Below the pieces are notes generated by a model. It was given only the letters and a program-made list of their open reading frames with translations, did no database searches and was not told the DNA's origin. Made by a program: the position numbers and the translations under genes. Shown piece by piece: positions 25,660 to 39,631 of a stretch of DNA of 64,000 nt (position 1 is its first letter; each line of letters begins with the position of its first letter). The stretch is from Felis catus (Eukaryota): NCBI RefSeq assembly GCF_018350175.1, contig NC_058369.1, forward strand, positions 14,572,001-14,636,000, read 5' to 3'.

Positions 25660-26311
25660 GCCTCCGCCTCCTCTGTGCGCCGGCTCCGCTGCGGGGGTGG
25701 GCAGACTCGGGGAGGGACTTCCCGCCGCCCCCCGGAGCCCAAGGCTGGAGGCGCGGAGGGTAGTCGTAGAGCGGGACTTCCCGCTGGCCGGGAAAACTCG
25801 AGCCAGAAGAGAAGAAGGTAGATTCGGGGTGGGACCTCCAGCCTGCTTGGGGTGGCCTAACGCCAACAGGATTGAAGTTAGACTCGATGGAGGATTCCTC
25901 GCCGCCTAAACGGCTGCCCGAAGCGTGAGTGTTTGGGCAGCCTCAGGCTCCATTCCAAGAGGCACGTCCCGCAGGCAGCTTGGGACCCAAGGTGGAGAAT
26001 GGAGAGTGGGTTGAGGGAGGGACTTCCAGCTGGCGACGGGGGGTGGGGGTGGGGGGGTGGGGAGGACGCAGGCCAGCCTGAGGGCGGAGGCACAGCCGGA
26101 CGCACCGAAGGGGGCGACCGGAGAGGTTGCTAGCTCACCGAAGTCACCCAGGGCCAGGGAGCGATGCTTGCAAGGGGCGTGGCCTGCACGGGGCGTGGCC
26201 TGCGGTCACCTCCCGCCCCCACCCTCAGCCCCAGCGGCCGCCAGACCCGCGGGAGTCGGATCCGAGCGCGCCGCGGAGCCCGGACCCTCCCTCGGACTCT
26301 CGGACCCGGCC
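25660..26311 (+). promoter_or_regulatory. CILP2 CpG-island promoter / 5' UTR
   Basis: CpG-rich. Direct repeat GGGGCGTGGCCTGC at 26174-26187 and 26190-26203 (SP/KLF-type sites). Confidence 0.65.
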
Positions 26312-26375
26312 ATGGCGTCATTGCCGCCACTACTCTGCCTCTTTGTCGCCGCCGCGCACCTGGCGGGGGCTCGAG
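26312..26375 (+). CDS. CILP2: Cartilage intermediate layer protein 2, exon 1 (signal peptide)
   Basis: GCCATGG, MASLPPLLCLFVAAAHLAGAR | gtgagg, 64 nt. Confidence 0.93.
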
Positions 26376-27402
26376 GTGAGGCGCCCCATGACCCCAGCCC
26401 AGACCCCTAGGCCTGGCACGCAGCCGCTCCGGGAGAGGGAACCAAGGGACCCTCTGGCTTCCTCAGACCTGGGTCCCCCTTCGTCAGCCCGGGAGCGGAG
26501 TGAAGGGGCGTCGGGGGTATGGATTCTTGGGACCAACAACGGGCCCGGGGGAGGGAAGGGAGGAAACTTCTCTGTTCTCTCGCCTCCTCAAGAGAGGTAG
26601 GGGAACTCGGAGTATCCATATGAACTTTAGGCTCCTTTAGGTTCCTGGGGACAGCAGGGGGCCGGTCTCACCCCCAGCATTTGGACTCTGAAGCATTGTG
26701 TCTTGGCCCAGGATTCAGGGGTCAGAGCGGTCCCCTCAAACACAACTCCTCCTCTTCCACAAACACACCATTCAGAAAACTTCCCGTCTCGGGAGCACTC
26801 AGTGGAACAGGGCTCTGGATCCATTTCTCAGATGAGGAGACTGAGACACAGACAGGGAAGGGACTTGTCTGAGGTCACCGCTCAGCCTGGCTATCTTAGA
26901 TAACTCAAGGTCAGAGAAGCCAGGCTAGATTCCAAAGACCTCCCAATGGCAGCTTGGGCCCCGAGTGAAGGCATGGAAGGTACACTGAGGGAGAGACCTC
27001 CAACCCCGCAAATGGATGAAGAACGCAGCTCCACCTGAGGGCAGAGGCAGAGCCAACTAAACTCATGGTCGCTGGGCACACTGAGGGGGAGAACTGGGTC
27101 AGACCAGACACACAGACTTCCCCAGACTATGGCATCCTGGCCAGGGCAGAGGGAGGGATGGGGCTGCAGGAGATTGGGGGTAGGGGCCATAGGGAGGTTT
27201 CCTGGAGGCGGCGGAGGGGGGGGGTTCCTGCATTCCTTGGGGTCAGCCAGAGAGATGGTTCTGGCTTCTGAGACCCTCACTCACTACCCCCCAACCCTGC
27301 CCCGTGAAATGGGGATGATCATGACAGCACCTTGTATACAAGCAGCCCACAGAGGTCCCCATCAGCATGTCTCCTTCCCTCCATTCCTCATCCCTTCCAC
27401 AG

Positions 27403-27501
27403 TCACTACCCCCCCTGAGGAGCCCACAGCAACTGCCTGGGGCTTTGAAGGCCCATCTCTGCGCCCCGGACAGCCCTCACCAGCCCTGGAGGATTGGGAA
27501 G
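27403..27501 (+). CDS. CILP2: CILP2 exon 2
   Basis: ttccacag | TTPPEEPTATAWGFEGPSLRPGQPSPALEDWE | gtgagt, 99 nt. Confidence 0.9.
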
Positions 27502-28470
27502 GTGAGTCATCCTGGGTCCAAGTCCTGGCTCTGCTGTGGACTCACTATGTGAGCTCTGGTTGGTGTGGTCATGTAAGGAGGGGACACAAGGGGTGAAAGG
27601 CCAGTAACTTCCTGGTCCCTGGACATGGCAGCCCTTGGCACAGGTGCCCCAAGAAGTCTGTTTTAGGAGCAGAGGGGTGAGAGTCCAGGGCCTGTTTTGT
27701 CAAGGAGGAAACCAATGTAGGGTGGGAGTGGGTGCTTCCTCCCTGCTACTGGAAGCCTCATGCAGGGTGCTTCTAGTAGATTCCAGACCTGTAGTTCTGG
27801 AACCTGGGTCTCTGGTTTCCTAGCTGGGAAAGTCAGGAAAGGAGCGAGCACCCCCCCCCCCCCCCGCGCAGGGGCGGTGGGGGGCGGTGGGGGCGGGAGT
27901 TGATGGAAGCAGAAGCTGACTTCGGGGGGGCCAGACCGTCCCCACCTGTGGCTTCTGTGAAACAGGTTGCCTGGTGGGTTCATCCAGGCAGTGAGCAAGG
28001 GCCCAGCTGGCTCTACCCAGGAGCAGCCAGGCAATGGCTGCTCTCCATCGGGTCTCCTCCTGCTACCTTTGTGTCTCCTCACACCTCAGGGGTTCTGAAT
28101 TCTGACGTGGGGGACAGGCTTAATTTTAAGGTTGGGGGCTGCTGAGACAGTGTCAAGATGTCAGCGTGGCAAAATGTCAACCTGAACTAACGGGCCAGCT
28201 CAAGTATTGGGCAGCAGGACGGGGGCTGGTGCTAGCGGAGGCCAACCTCCCCTAATCCCTTTATAGCTCCTTGGGCCCTAGAGGACCCTGGATCTGGGCG
28301 GGTCAAGGGCGGGCTGGGTTAGCCCGTGCTCATTGGGGGTGGGGTGACCGTCTTAGCAGGTAAACAGTTACCTCGGAGATGGGGGTGGGCAGGCCGCTTC
28401 CTGGCCCGTGCATGCACTGATGAGGCCCGACAGGCTGTGGCCCGGGTCCCAGAGCGTGCGGTGCCCACAG

Positions 28471-28743
28471 AGGCCAGCCAGTGGACGTCCTGGTTCAACG
28501 TGGACCACCCCGGCGGCGACGGCGACTTCGAGAGCCTGGCTGCCATCCGCTTCTATTACGGGCCAGCGCGCGTGTGCCCGCGGCCGCTGGCGCTGGAGGC
28601 GCGCACCACGGACTGGGCCCTGCCGTCCACTGTAGGCGAGCGTGTGCACTTGAACCCCACGCGAGGTTTTTGGTGCCTCAACCGCGAGCAGCCCCGCGGC
28701 CGCCGCTGCTCCAACTACCACGTGCGCTTCCGCTGCCCGCTTG
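28471..28743 (+). CDS. CILP2: CILP2 exon 3 (WxxW/mucin-like domain)
   Basis: ASQWTSWFNVDHPGGDGDFESL...CSNYHVRFRCPL | gtgagg, 273 nt. Confidence 0.96.
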
Positions 28744-29403
28744 GTGAGGGCGGGGCCCAGGGAGGGGCGGGGACTGTGTGGGGCTGGGCGGGGCTGGGGA
28801 GAGGGCGGGATCGGTATTAGTCATGCAGAGAAGAGAGTGGGGATTGGCAGACGTGGGTCATAGGTGGGTGGAGCTTGGATGGGTGGTACTGGGGAAAGGG
28901 GGCAGGGCCGTGTGGATGTAGGCGTGGTTAGAAAGAGCTGGGGTCCTTTAGCAGGGCCCAAGGAGTGGGCTGGATCATATAGAGGCGGGGCTTTGGAAAG
29001 GAAGGCCTGGGAATAGGGGCCCAGGTAGGGAACAAGAAAGACCCCTCAGGAGCTCATCTCCCTCCTGCTGCCCTCAGTTGCTCATTTGTAACAGCTCCAT
29101 TCTTTGGGGGGCGTGTTTTGACCCCAAATGCATGAGGGACGCAGGGAGAACAGCACGGCTAACCTCGGGGAGCTTATCTGGGGTTGGGGCAAATGGGGTG
29201 TTACCTCAACTGCACGTTCGACAGGTGCGCCTGGGGGACAACTGATGAGAGCAATGGGCAGAACCTCTCTCTTGGGGTACCCATCCTCGGACGCACTTAG
29301 CGGGGGGCGTCCTCCAGTCCTACATTGTTACTAGATTTCCAGGAGGCGCAGTCCCTGGCGTGGGCCACCGTCTCACCTTCCCTCCTCTCCGCCCTTACCG
29401 CAG

Positions 29404-29559
29404 AGGCCACGTGGGGCGCGTGGGGCCCGTGGGGTCCCTGTTCAGGGAGCTGCGGGCCAGGCCGTCGCCTGCGTCGCCGCCGCTGCCCAAGCCCGTCTGG
29501 GGATGCGTGTCCGGGGCGCCCCCTGGAGGCGCAGAAGTGTGTACGCCCTCCCTGTCCAG
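29404..29559 (+). CDS. CILP2: CILP2 exon 4 (thrombospondin type-1 repeat)
   Basis: WGAWGPWGPCSGSCGPGRRLRRRRC...CP | gtagga, 156 nt. Confidence 0.96.
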
Positions 29560-30628
29560 GTAGGAGGGATGGGGCCTGGAGGAGAGTGTTGAGTTAGAGG
29601 CGGGGCCTGGACTTGGAGGGAGGCGGCCTGCTGAGGAGGGTACCTAGTGGGGAGAGGCGGGTTGGGAATGAGCCTGATGGGATGGGGCTGGAATGGAAGG
29701 GGCGGGTCGTCGGGGGGCCAGAACTTGGAACGCATGGAGACTGGCCCTTCCTTCCCTTCTGCGCCCCCGTCCCTCCGCCCCACGCGGAGGAACATTGGTG
29801 AATGTGTGTATCTGGATGGGTGAACGCCAAGAAGGTCATGTCCAGGCACGGGCAGATCCGAGTGGGCATTGCTTTGGGCGCGCCACCAAGCGTGTGGATG
29901 TCCTGGTGGACACGGACACACTGAAGCCAGCTCATGTGCTTGGGGCACACACGCGTGGCATTCACAGCCCCCCTCTCCCGTACCCCACGCCCACGCGGAC
30001 ACGCGCTCACACCCTGGCAGACACCATGCCCAAGCCCTCCCAGGGCCAGACACCAGGCCAGCCAGGAGGCGACTGGAAATTCCGATCCGCCTGGGCTCCA
30101 CAAACATGGTCTGGAGACTGCGCCCGCAGAGCCCATGGCAGGGTGGGGGAGCACGGTGGCCAATGGGGTAGTGGGGTCCCCACCCTACCCCGCCTGGCTC
30201 TGCCCTCCTGACGCCTCTGCCCTGACGTTGTCAGTGGAATTTTCCATCTTATGGAGAAACCGCGGGATTGGGAGGGGAGGGGAGGGAGATGTTCTGAGCC
30301 CAAGACCCAACCCCTAGCTGGGCCCCCAGCCCCTGCTGGACATTTTCTCTCATGCTAAAAGGAGCCTCTCTGTCCCGTGAGAGTCACCTCTCCTGTCCCC
30401 TCCACCAGGGCATTTTCCTCACCCCTCTGGACCACAGGTCTGCCCCAGTTCTGACTGCTCAACCCTATGTCCCCACTCACACAAGAGGCTGTTCCAAGCA
30501 GGGCCATGCTGAGGCCTCTGAGGGGCACAAGGTGGGGGGGGGGGTGTCTAGGCATCTTTGCTGAGTGATTGAGTGGAAGGAGGGAGTGAAGAGGCTCCTC
30601 TGTTCCTCTGCCTGCCTTTGTCCCCCAG

Positions 30629-30907
30629 GTTGCAGCTCCAAGACCTGCACATGTCCTGACCACATCCTCCTGGGCTCGGTGGTCACCCCATCTGGGCGTC
30701 CACTGCCAGGAGCCAGGGTCTCCTTGAGAGACTGGCCTGGCACCGTGGCCATCACCGATGCCCATGGGACCTTCCGGATTCCTGGAGTGTGTGCCAGCAG
30801 CCGGGCCAACATCAGTGCCCAAATGGATGGCTTCTCTGCAGGCCTGGGCCAGGCCCAGGCCAATGGCTCTATCTCTGCTGTGGTCACTGTTGTCCTTAAT
30901 AAGTTGG
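30629..30907 (+). CDS. CILP2: CILP2 exon 5
   Basis: tcccccag | CSSKTCTCPDHILLGSVV...VTVVLNKL | gtaagt, 279 nt. Confidence 0.93.
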
Positions 30908-31310
30908 GTAAGTGCCCCAGGGCAAGGAGGGTGAGGAGGCTGAGAAGCTAAGAAGGAAATTCTGGGTGACACTTGGGAGGATGTGGTGCAGAATGAGGTC
31001 ACTGGGGAAGAAATAAGATGTGACACAGCCACTGGAGAGAGCATAACACTAAATATGGTGCCATGGGAGGAACAAATACACTGTGAGAAGTTGGAGAAGG
31101 CGCGAGATGAGACAGGGACTTGCAGGGGGGCAGCATGAAGATGGGGCACCATCTTGAGCAGCCATGGGGTGAACTTGAATGGAGAGGTCATCAGAAGAGC
31201 CACAGGTGAAACAGGGCATCCCTGGAAGGGCAAGGATGGGGCCCTGCCCTTGGGAAGGTTTGTTGGGAGAAGCTGGGATGGGGCAGGACCTTTGCCACCT
31301 TTGCCCCCAG

Positions 31311-31419
31311 AGAAACCCTACCTGGTGAAGCACCCCGAGTCCCGAGTGCGAGAGGCTGGCCAGAACGTAACCTTCTGCTGCAAAGCCTCAGGCACCCCCA
31401 TGCCCAAGAAATACTCCTG
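31311..31419 (+). CDS. CILP2: CILP2 exon 6 (Ig-like domain, first half)
   Basis: KPYLVKHPESRVREAGQNVTFCCKASGTPMPKKYS(W) | gtgagt, 109 nt. Confidence 0.96.
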
Positions 31420-31613
31420 GTGAGTGCCCTGCTCCATGCCCAAGGGCCTTGCACCCAGCTTTGCGGTTTGATTGGATTTTCCATGACATGTGGTGCCTCA
31501 GAGACTGGGAGAAAGACGCTCTACAACCTTGCTGGGCTGCATGGGGGATGGGGGACGGATGCAGCCCCTTCCCTGTGCTGAGGGCCCCCTGGTGTTGCCC
31601 ACCTGCCACCCAG

Positions 31614-31771
31614 GTTCCACAACGGGACCCTGCTGGACCGGCGAGAACACAGGTACGGGGCCCATCTGGAGCTGCGGGGGCTGCGCCCAGACCAGGCAGG
31701 CACCTATCACTGCAAAGCGTGGAACGATGCGGGCACCGTGCGCTCGGGCAGCGCCCGGCTCACCGTGCTGG
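31614..31771 (+). CDS. CILP2: CILP2 exon 7 (Ig-like domain, second half)
   Basis: FHNGTLLDRREHRYGAHLELRGLRPDQAGTYHCKAWNDAGTVRSGSARLTVL | gtgagc, 158 nt. Confidence 0.96.
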
Positions 31772-32010
31772 GTGAGCACCCTCAGCCCCCCAACCCTGAG
31801 CATGCCCTGAAACTTAGCCGAGGCCCATCACCACAGAAAGCAACCCCAAATGGAGCCCCAGCTGCAGACTGCTCTCTGACCCTGCTGAGTCTGATCCCGG
31901 GCCCCCACTGAGCCCCTGGGTTGAGCCCCTGATCCCAATCCAGGCCCCAACCTTGGCTTCAGTGGAGCCCTCCCCCTTACTCTGATCTGCTCTGATTTCT
32001 TGCTCTGCAG

Positions 32011-34346
32011 CCCCGGGCCAGCCAGCCTGCAATCCCCAGCCCCAAGAGCATCTGATCAAGCTCCCAGACGATTGTGGCCAGCCTGGCAGTGGCCCCGCCT
32101 ACTTGGACGTGGGTCTCTGCTCTGACACCCTCTGCCCCAGCCCTGCAGGCTCCAGCTCCCGGTGTGGGGACTCAGGGTCCCGCTGCTGCTCCGTTCGCCG
32201 CCTGGAGAGCAAGGAGATCCACTGCTCCAACTATGTCCTCCCCGTCAAAGTGGTGGCTGAGTGTGGCTGTCAGAAATGTCTGCCCCCTCGGGGGCTGGTT
32301 CGGGGACGCGTGGTGGCTACCGACTCAGGGGAACCCCTGCGTTTTGCCCAGATCCTGCTAGGCCGGGAGCCCATTGGATTCACATCTTATCAGGGCGACT
32401 TCACCATCGAGGTGCCGCCCTCCACCCAGCGGCTGGTGGTAACTTTCGTGGACCCCAGTGGGGAGTTCATGGACACTGTCAGAGTTCTGCCTTTTGCCCC
32501 TCGAGGTGGTGGCGTATACCACGATGTCAAAGCCATGCGGAAGAAAGCCCCTGTCATCTTAGATGCCAGCCAGAGCAACACGATCCCTCTTGGGGAGCTG
32601 GAAGAGGAGGACCCGTTGGGCGAGCTGGTCCTCCCGCCCGGAGCCTTCCGCAGAGCCGATGGTGCACCCTACACGGGGGCCGTGGAGGCCCGGGTGACTT
32701 TCGTGGACCCCCGAGATCTCACCTCGGCGGCGGCCGCCCCCAGTGACCTGCGCTTTGTGGACAGTGACGGCGAGCTGGCCCCGCTGCGCACCTATGGCAT
32801 GTTCGCGGTGGACCTCCGCGCCGCGGGCTCGGCGGAGCAGCTGCAGGCAGGGCCGGTGGCCGTGCGCGTCAATGCCGGCCAGATCCACATGGAGGGCCAC
32901 GTGGAGGCCCTGAAGCTGTGGTCACTGAACCCTGACACAGGCTTGTGGGAGGAGGAGAGCGACTTCCAGCGAGAGGGGTCAGCAGCCCCTCGGGTCCGCA
33001 GGGAGGAGAGGGTCTTCCTAGTGGGCAACGTGGAGATCCGCGAGCGGCGTCTGTTCAACCTGGACGTGCCCGAGCGCCGCCGCTGCTTCGTGAAGGTGCG
33101 CGCCTATGCCAACGACAAGTTCACCCCCAACGAGCAGGTGGAGGGTGTGGTGGTGACGCTGGTCAACCTGGAGCCTGCCCCCGGCTTCGCGGCCAACCCC
33201 CGTGCCTGGGGCCGCTTCGACAGCGCGGTCACCGGCCCCAACGGCGCCTGCCTCCCCGCCTTCTGCGACGCGGACCGGCCGGACGCCTACACTGCCCTGG
33301 TCACGGCCACCCTGGGCGGGGAGGAGCTGGAGCCCGCGCCCTCCCGGCCCCGCCCGCACGCGGCCACCGTGGGCGTGGCGCAGCCCTACCTGGACAAGCT
33401 GGGCTACCGCCGCACCGACCACGACGACCCAGCCCTCAAACGCAACGGCTTCCGCATCAACCTCGCTAAACCCAGGCCCGGCGACCCCGCCGAGGCCAAC
33501 GGCCCGGTGTACCCGTGGCGCAGCCTGCGAGAATGCCAGGAGGCCCCGGTGACCGCCAGCCACTTCCGCTTCGCGCGCGTGGAGGCGGACAAGTACGAGT
33601 ACAACGTGGTCCCGTTCCGCGAGGGCGTGCCGGCCTCCTGGACTGGGGACCTCCTGGCCTGGTGGCCCAACCCCCAGGAGTTCCGGGCCTGCTTCCTCAA
33701 GGTGAAGATCCAGGGCCCCCAGGAGTACATGGTCCGCTCCCACAACGCTGGGGGCAGCCACCCGCGCACCCAGGGCCAGCTCTACGGGCTTCGGGACGCC
33801 CGGAGCGTCCGAGACCCCGAGCACCCCGGCACGTCCGCGGCCTGTGTGGAGTTCAAGTGCAGCGGGATGCTATTTGATCAACGTCAGGTGGACCGGACGC
33901 TGGTGACCATCACGCCCCAGGGCAGCTGCCGCCGAGTGGCGGTCAACGGACTCCTGCGGGATTACTTGGCCCGGCACCCCCCAGCCGCCCCAGCTGACGA
34001 CCCGGCTGCCTTCGCCATGCTGGCCCCGCTCGACCCTCTGGGCCACAACTACGGTGTCTACACGGTCACCGACCAGAGCCCGAGGCTGGCCAAGGAGATC
34101 GCCATCGGCCGCTGCTTCGATGGCTCCTCTGACGGCTTCTCTAGGGAAATGAAGGCCGATGCTGGCACAGCTGTCACCTTCCAGTGTCGGGAGCCACCAG
34201 CCGGCCGGCCTAGCCTCTTCCAGAGGCTGCTGGAGTCCCCGGCAACAGCGCTTGGTGACATCCGCAGGGAGATGGGTGAGGTGACCCGGGCACAGGCTCA
34301 AGCCGCAGGTCCCCTCCGTACCCGCCGGGGCAGGGCCCGCCAGTGA
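32011..34346 (+). CDS. CILP2: CILP2 exon 8 (large last exon)
   Basis: ctctgcag acceptor, in frame with the 747-aa ORF 32103-34346. Furin-type site RVRR before EERVFLVGN. Total CDS 3474 nt = 1157 aa. Confidence 0.97.
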
Positions 34347-34958
34347 CCTGGGCTCGTGGCCTTACTCCTCTGCCTTGCTCCGGACTCCTCTGTACCTCGG
34401 AAGTCTCAGCCCCCTTCCCCAGATGCTCCCTCCCTAGGTTTCTGGGCCCCCCTCTCCCTCCCCTGCCCAGAGTTCAGAGTCAAGATAGGAACTAGGAGTG
34501 TCGCGTTGTGGAACTGCCAGGCAGGGGACTGTCGCTGTGTGAGGCAAAATGGAGTTCTTCCTGACAGCAGGAGCCAGCATCCTGGGAGACCATCGGGCAG
34601 CCGACGGAGGCCTGGGAGGAGTCATTCCCAGCTCGAGCGCTGGCTCTGATTTTATGTGTGTTTTGACCCTGATTTCAGATATTCTGCCCCTTGGGATTTC
34701 CCGCCTTCCGCCTGAAGCCCCCTCTGCCTGTTGCCGAGCTGGGTGCTTTATTGGATCCCCTGCCCCAAGCTTTGTTCTAGGGGTTATTTATTGAAACAAA
34801 GCCTACGGGGCTGGTCGCAGGGGTTAAGAGTGGGGGTCCAGGCCCAGTGAAAGTCAGGCAAGGGCTTCTTGGTTCTGGGGCTGAAGGGCACAGTTCTCAC
34901 ATGTTTGGTGCTTGGAGACCCCCCCCCCCCGGGGGCGGGGGGTTGGGGCAAGGAACCA

Positions 34959-34964
34959 ATTAAA
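34959..34964 (+). terminator. Probable CILP2 polyadenylation signal (ATTAAA)
   Basis: Variant hexamer about 610 nt after the stop, followed by GT-rich ggtgtcagtctt. Confidence 0.6.
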
Positions 34965-37425
34965 GATGCTTCATTTCCCACTCATGGTGTCAGTCTTGGG
35001 GACTGAAAATGGAGGCTGCGGCTGCTGGACCCAGACCTTGGCAGGTGGAAAGAGGCCTGGAGCAGACACGGACATGGGTGTGCGAGCAGCTCAGAGGCCT
35101 CCACGAGGTGCCCGGCGTGCCTCGGGCTGGTGTGTGGGTCCTGGCAGAGTCACACAGAAGTGTGTCTGTGACACGTGTGTGCAGACCTGACTCGTGGGCA
35201 GCCCGAGCCTGTGCCGCCCTGACCGCTGAACACGGTAGCAGCTGCCGCCCTGGCCTTTTCCTCTGAGCCTGGCCGTGTGCCCGAGGGCCGCACTGGGCAG
35301 GGAGGGGCCCTGGCAGGGGCCCATGCCCCAGGCGGCAGCAATCGAGCCTGCTCTGGACTTCCTCAGCCAGGGTCACGCTGCCCCTCCTTAGGCCCCACCC
35401 GGCTGAGGCCTGGCCACACCTTGGCCACATGGTGACCGGGCTGCCCGAGGCCATGGCCCTGGGCCCTCTACTTCACCAGGACTCAGTCTGGAGGCGGCAG
35501 AACATCGCTTGCTGGCGCTCTGTGTGCGTGGCTCTGTGTGCTCGCGTGCGCGCGCGCGAGTCCTCCTGGCCACGCCCCCGCTTTCCAGACAGAGGAAACT
35601 GAGCCCCCACAGGGAGAGGCAAAGGGCTGCCCGGGCCCTGGAGTGAATCCCCGCAGGAGCAGGGGCTCCTTGGATGGCTCAACAGCCCCCTCCGGCACAT
35701 GCTTGGGACTCCCTTGGCCCCATGGAAGGCCATCAAAGCGGCATTGCTGGGGACCTGGGATGGGAGGCATTGTGTCCCTCACCCCAGGGATGGGGTGACA
35801 GCGGGGAGTGGGGGTGCGGGGTGTTGCCTTAACCCAGGGCCCTCTGCACACCCACCCACCCACCCACTTACCTTTCTACCACCCGCCTGTCCGCCCACCC
35901 ACTGCTGCCTCCACCCCTCCCGTCCACGCCATCATGTGCCTGTGCAGCATTTGGAGGCTTCAGCTCTGTGCCAACGCGGAGCCGATCCGGCCTTGGTAGG
36001 GAGGTACGTTCACACACGGACCCCAGCACACCCGTGGGGTCAGCACTGGGCCCACATGGTCCGCTGGCTCCCGTCCAGCTCAGTCTGACAGCTCTCAACC
36101 TCTCCAGCCCTCATGCCTTTGCTCAGGCCATTCCTTTGTGGGGACCTCTTCCCTTGGCCAGGGGTAGGCTAGGGGGCCTAGGGGGTCAGGGAGAATCTGA
36201 CAAGCCCAGAGGCCTCAACCCCAGTCTCTGAGGGTGGGCCTCAGAACTCTGCTGGAGTCCAGGTTTGGGCGGCCCCAGGGGGGCCGGCGCCCCAGCCTCT
36301 GCCTGGATAGGCTAAAATGCACAGGAGTGGAGAGATGCTTTGAGATGCCTTGGGAGCCAGGGAGCATGTGCGTTGATCCACAACACACTGTGTCTACACC
36401 CCTAGCTGACAGGGAGGCTCGGAGGGGGAGTTCCTCGCCCAAGGGAACCTGGGCTCTGGGCTGCCCCGTGGGGTCCTGGGGAACAGGAAGAGCCAGGGGG
36501 GCCCCCCCACCGCGGCCGGCGGGTAAAGCTGGCTTCCAGGCTGAGGGTGATGAGGTGTCAGTCTCCGTGGCCAAATACCTTTCATTGAGAAAGTGTCGGG
36601 GCTGTGGCTGCTGCCAGGCCTGGGGCAGCTGGGTTTGGGGCGGGCAGCTGGCCTCCCTTCCCTGGGGTGGGGCAGGGGTGGATGGGCGTCCTCTTGAAGC
36701 CCCTCCCCAGATGCGGGGCCAGGCCAGGACTGAGAGGGGCTCCCGGAGGGAAGCGGATCAGGGAGGACGTTCCAGGTGGAGGGCACAGCCGAAGTGAGTG
36801 CTTGGCACCGGGCAGGGACTGTAGCCTCAGCTCCTGCCCATCCCTGCCGACACTGTTTAAGAGGACAGCGCCTGGCTCCAGTTTCCAGATGAGGAAACTG
36901 AGTCTCCCAAAGAAGCCATCGCCCTGAGCTGACAGCCCCGTGCCCCTTGCTGCTGCCTTGTGACCCTGTTTGAGCAGAGGGGGAGTTCAGCCTCACCCCC
37001 CGCCAACCCCCCGCCCCCGTTCTGGAACCTTGGCCATCCACCTCCTGGTAAATCCATTGCTCTCCCCCCAAACTGGGGCTGCCAGACCACACGCCCTCAA
37101 GTCTGGGTAAGTGGGGGGCATGAGCCCCCCCACCCCCACCCAGAGACCCTGGCTCCAGCCACCCTGGGGTCAGCTCAGGGCACAAGGAGGCCCTTGGTCC
37201 CGCCCACGGCATTTCAGACTCTTATAATTTTAGAACCAGGGGTTCTTAAAATTCCTAGCACTGTGAGTGGGAGAAGAATTTTGGAACAATGCTTAAAACA
37301 AGAGAGGCTTAAAACCGCAGAATCAAAGAGGAGGAAGACGATCATGAACACACATTAAGCACTGACTGGATGCAAGGCCTCCCTGCTCCCCCAAGAACTA
37401 ACTCACTTTAAGGGCATTTATTATC

Positions 37426-37504
37426 TTTTTAACGTTTATTTAGTTATTTTGAGAGAGAGAGAGAGAGCATATGAGCAGGGGAGGGGCAGAGAGAGGGAGG
37501 GAGG

Positions 37505-37540
<36 letters not shown>

Positions 37541-37648
37541 CCCAACAGGCTCCACGCTGTCAGCCCTCAGTCCCACGAACCGTGAGAGCATGATTTGAGC
37601 CGAAATCGAGAGTCAGATGCTTAACTGACTGAGCCACCCAGACACCCC
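37426..37648 (-). mobile_element. Can-SINE
   Basis: Reverse SINE with (GA)n. TSD tcactttaagggc on both sides (about 37403 and 37649). Confidence 0.9.
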
Positions 37649-39621
37649 TCACTTTAAGGGCTTTTAATGTACACTTACTGTCTTGGAGGTCAAAATCGAC
37701 TTGTAGGGAGGGTAATTTTCATACAACCCCCATTTCACAGCTGAAATTGGCCCAGGGTCACAAAGCAAACAGGGACACTGTGGGCTGGGGGTGGGGGAAG
37801 GGCAATGTTTCCCAGAGAAGGGGACATAGGTGCTGGGCCCTGAAGGATGGTGTAGGAGTTTGCCCAGCAGGCAAGGCAGGAAGGGCATTCCTGGCAGCTA
37901 GAAATGTGTCTGGGAAGGCTGGAGGAGGGAAACCTCAGGCGGACACGGAGGGCAGAAGGGAGCACAAGCGAAGCACGCAGGGGAGACGAACGGAGCCTTG
38001 AACGCCGAGTCAGAGGCCTGAGCTATCTCTAGCAGGTGATCAGGAGCCAAAGAAGGTGCTGGAGCGGTGGAAGTGTGCACACTTGCTCATGACAAAGACT
38101 CCTCTGGAACTGGTGCGGGATTCAGCTTGTGGGAGAGTGTTTCTTTCATGGAACTGTGGTCTGCTTCTTCCCACGTGGCAGCCCTTGTGGGGTCCAAACC
38201 CTGCAGTCCAGCGCCCCCTCCCCCTCGGCTGCCTCCCGTCCTGGCTGAACATTGCTGGCGCCTCCATCGGGGCCTCGTGGACCTGGCGTGGCCACCCACC
38301 ACTTCCCCGGCCCCGTCTGTCTCTCTCATCAGCCCTCGGAGTTGGGTACGTCCCAGTCTCAGACCCCAAAGACTGGAGCCAGCCTGGCGGGGAGACCTGG
38401 CCTCCGTCGGCTGGGGGGAGTGGTGGAAACAGAGGCAGGGGGCCAGCAGAGAGAGAGCGGTCCAGGTGAATGCTGACGCCCTGCTGCCTGACCCCTCTCC
38501 CAGGGCCTGGGGTGGGGGGTCTGAGCAGGCAGGAGGGAGGAGACCCCAAAGATGAGGGAAGGACCAGGCACCGACATGTTGGTGTATACGCGGGACCACA
38601 CACACTGTCCTACCCAGGGTCACAACCACCACATGGAGCCACACACAGTGGAGCCAGTCTCCCTCGTCATCCGTCCCAAGGTCACACTGTGCTCGTCACA
38701 CCCCGTCCCTGTCCTCCCCAGACATGCCCTCCCACACCACTGGGGACACCTTTTCATCACCCATTTGGGTGATGCTGTCACTCTCCATTATAGCCCCACA
38801 TGCGGTCACCAACCCCCCATCCGACTTGCCGGATGTGGGGAATACGCTGGACGCGCACCCTGACCAGCCACCCCGGGGGGGACGCACGCCTGACACGCAG
38901 GCCCGTGTGCGTGCAGCCAAGCGCACCTGTGCGTCATGTAGCATGGACACAGCCACAGTCTCCCTGCACTTGGGGATGTTCTGACCCCCAGATGGCTGGA
39001 ACTGCCTGGGTCAGGACTGATCGTAACCCTCCCCCCCGCCACGACCTCCCACGATTCAGTCCCTCCAAGCACACTGGGCCACAGCCGGACACGTGTGGCA
39101 CCTCCTACCCTTTTGGAGCCCCGGGGAGGGCGTGGGCGGGGGGCTGGAAGCTGGGGAGGGGGCCTCAAGGTCCCAGCGGCCTTTCCTGGGAAGTCCCGAA
39201 TCCCTTCCTGCTGACTCAGCCCTGGGGGCTGGCAGGCGGGGTGCTGCCGAACCTCAGGTATGTCCTCGAAGGCTGCCTGGTGGGGCCTCCATCAAGGCGT
39301 GGGAGGGGAGCTCCCACTCAGCACTCAGCCCTTCCCCGGATCCCAGCCTCCCCTTTTGCCCCAGATGGAGCTTGAGCGTTAATGGTGCAGCTCAAGACCC
39401 GGTGCCAGCGTGGTGGGAGCTGAGGCCGGCTGCTCATACCTCCGTTTTTTTCCGGTTTTTTCCGGTTGAACGTTGGCGGAGCAATGAGTTCCCAGCCGAG
39501 CGAGGCTCCCTCGTAAAGGGGCCCTGCTCAGCCCACTCTCCCAGCCTTGTAAAGACGTGGATGTCTCAGATGGTCTGGGGGAAGTTGGCCTGGCGGCTTA
39601 TCCTGGGGCCCAGCGCAGGGA

Positions 39622-39631
39622 CAGACAGACA

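Noticed and set aside
33018..33824. 268-aa ORF antisense to CILP2 exon 8
   Set aside because: Shadow of a high-GC3 coding exon, with no independent evidence.
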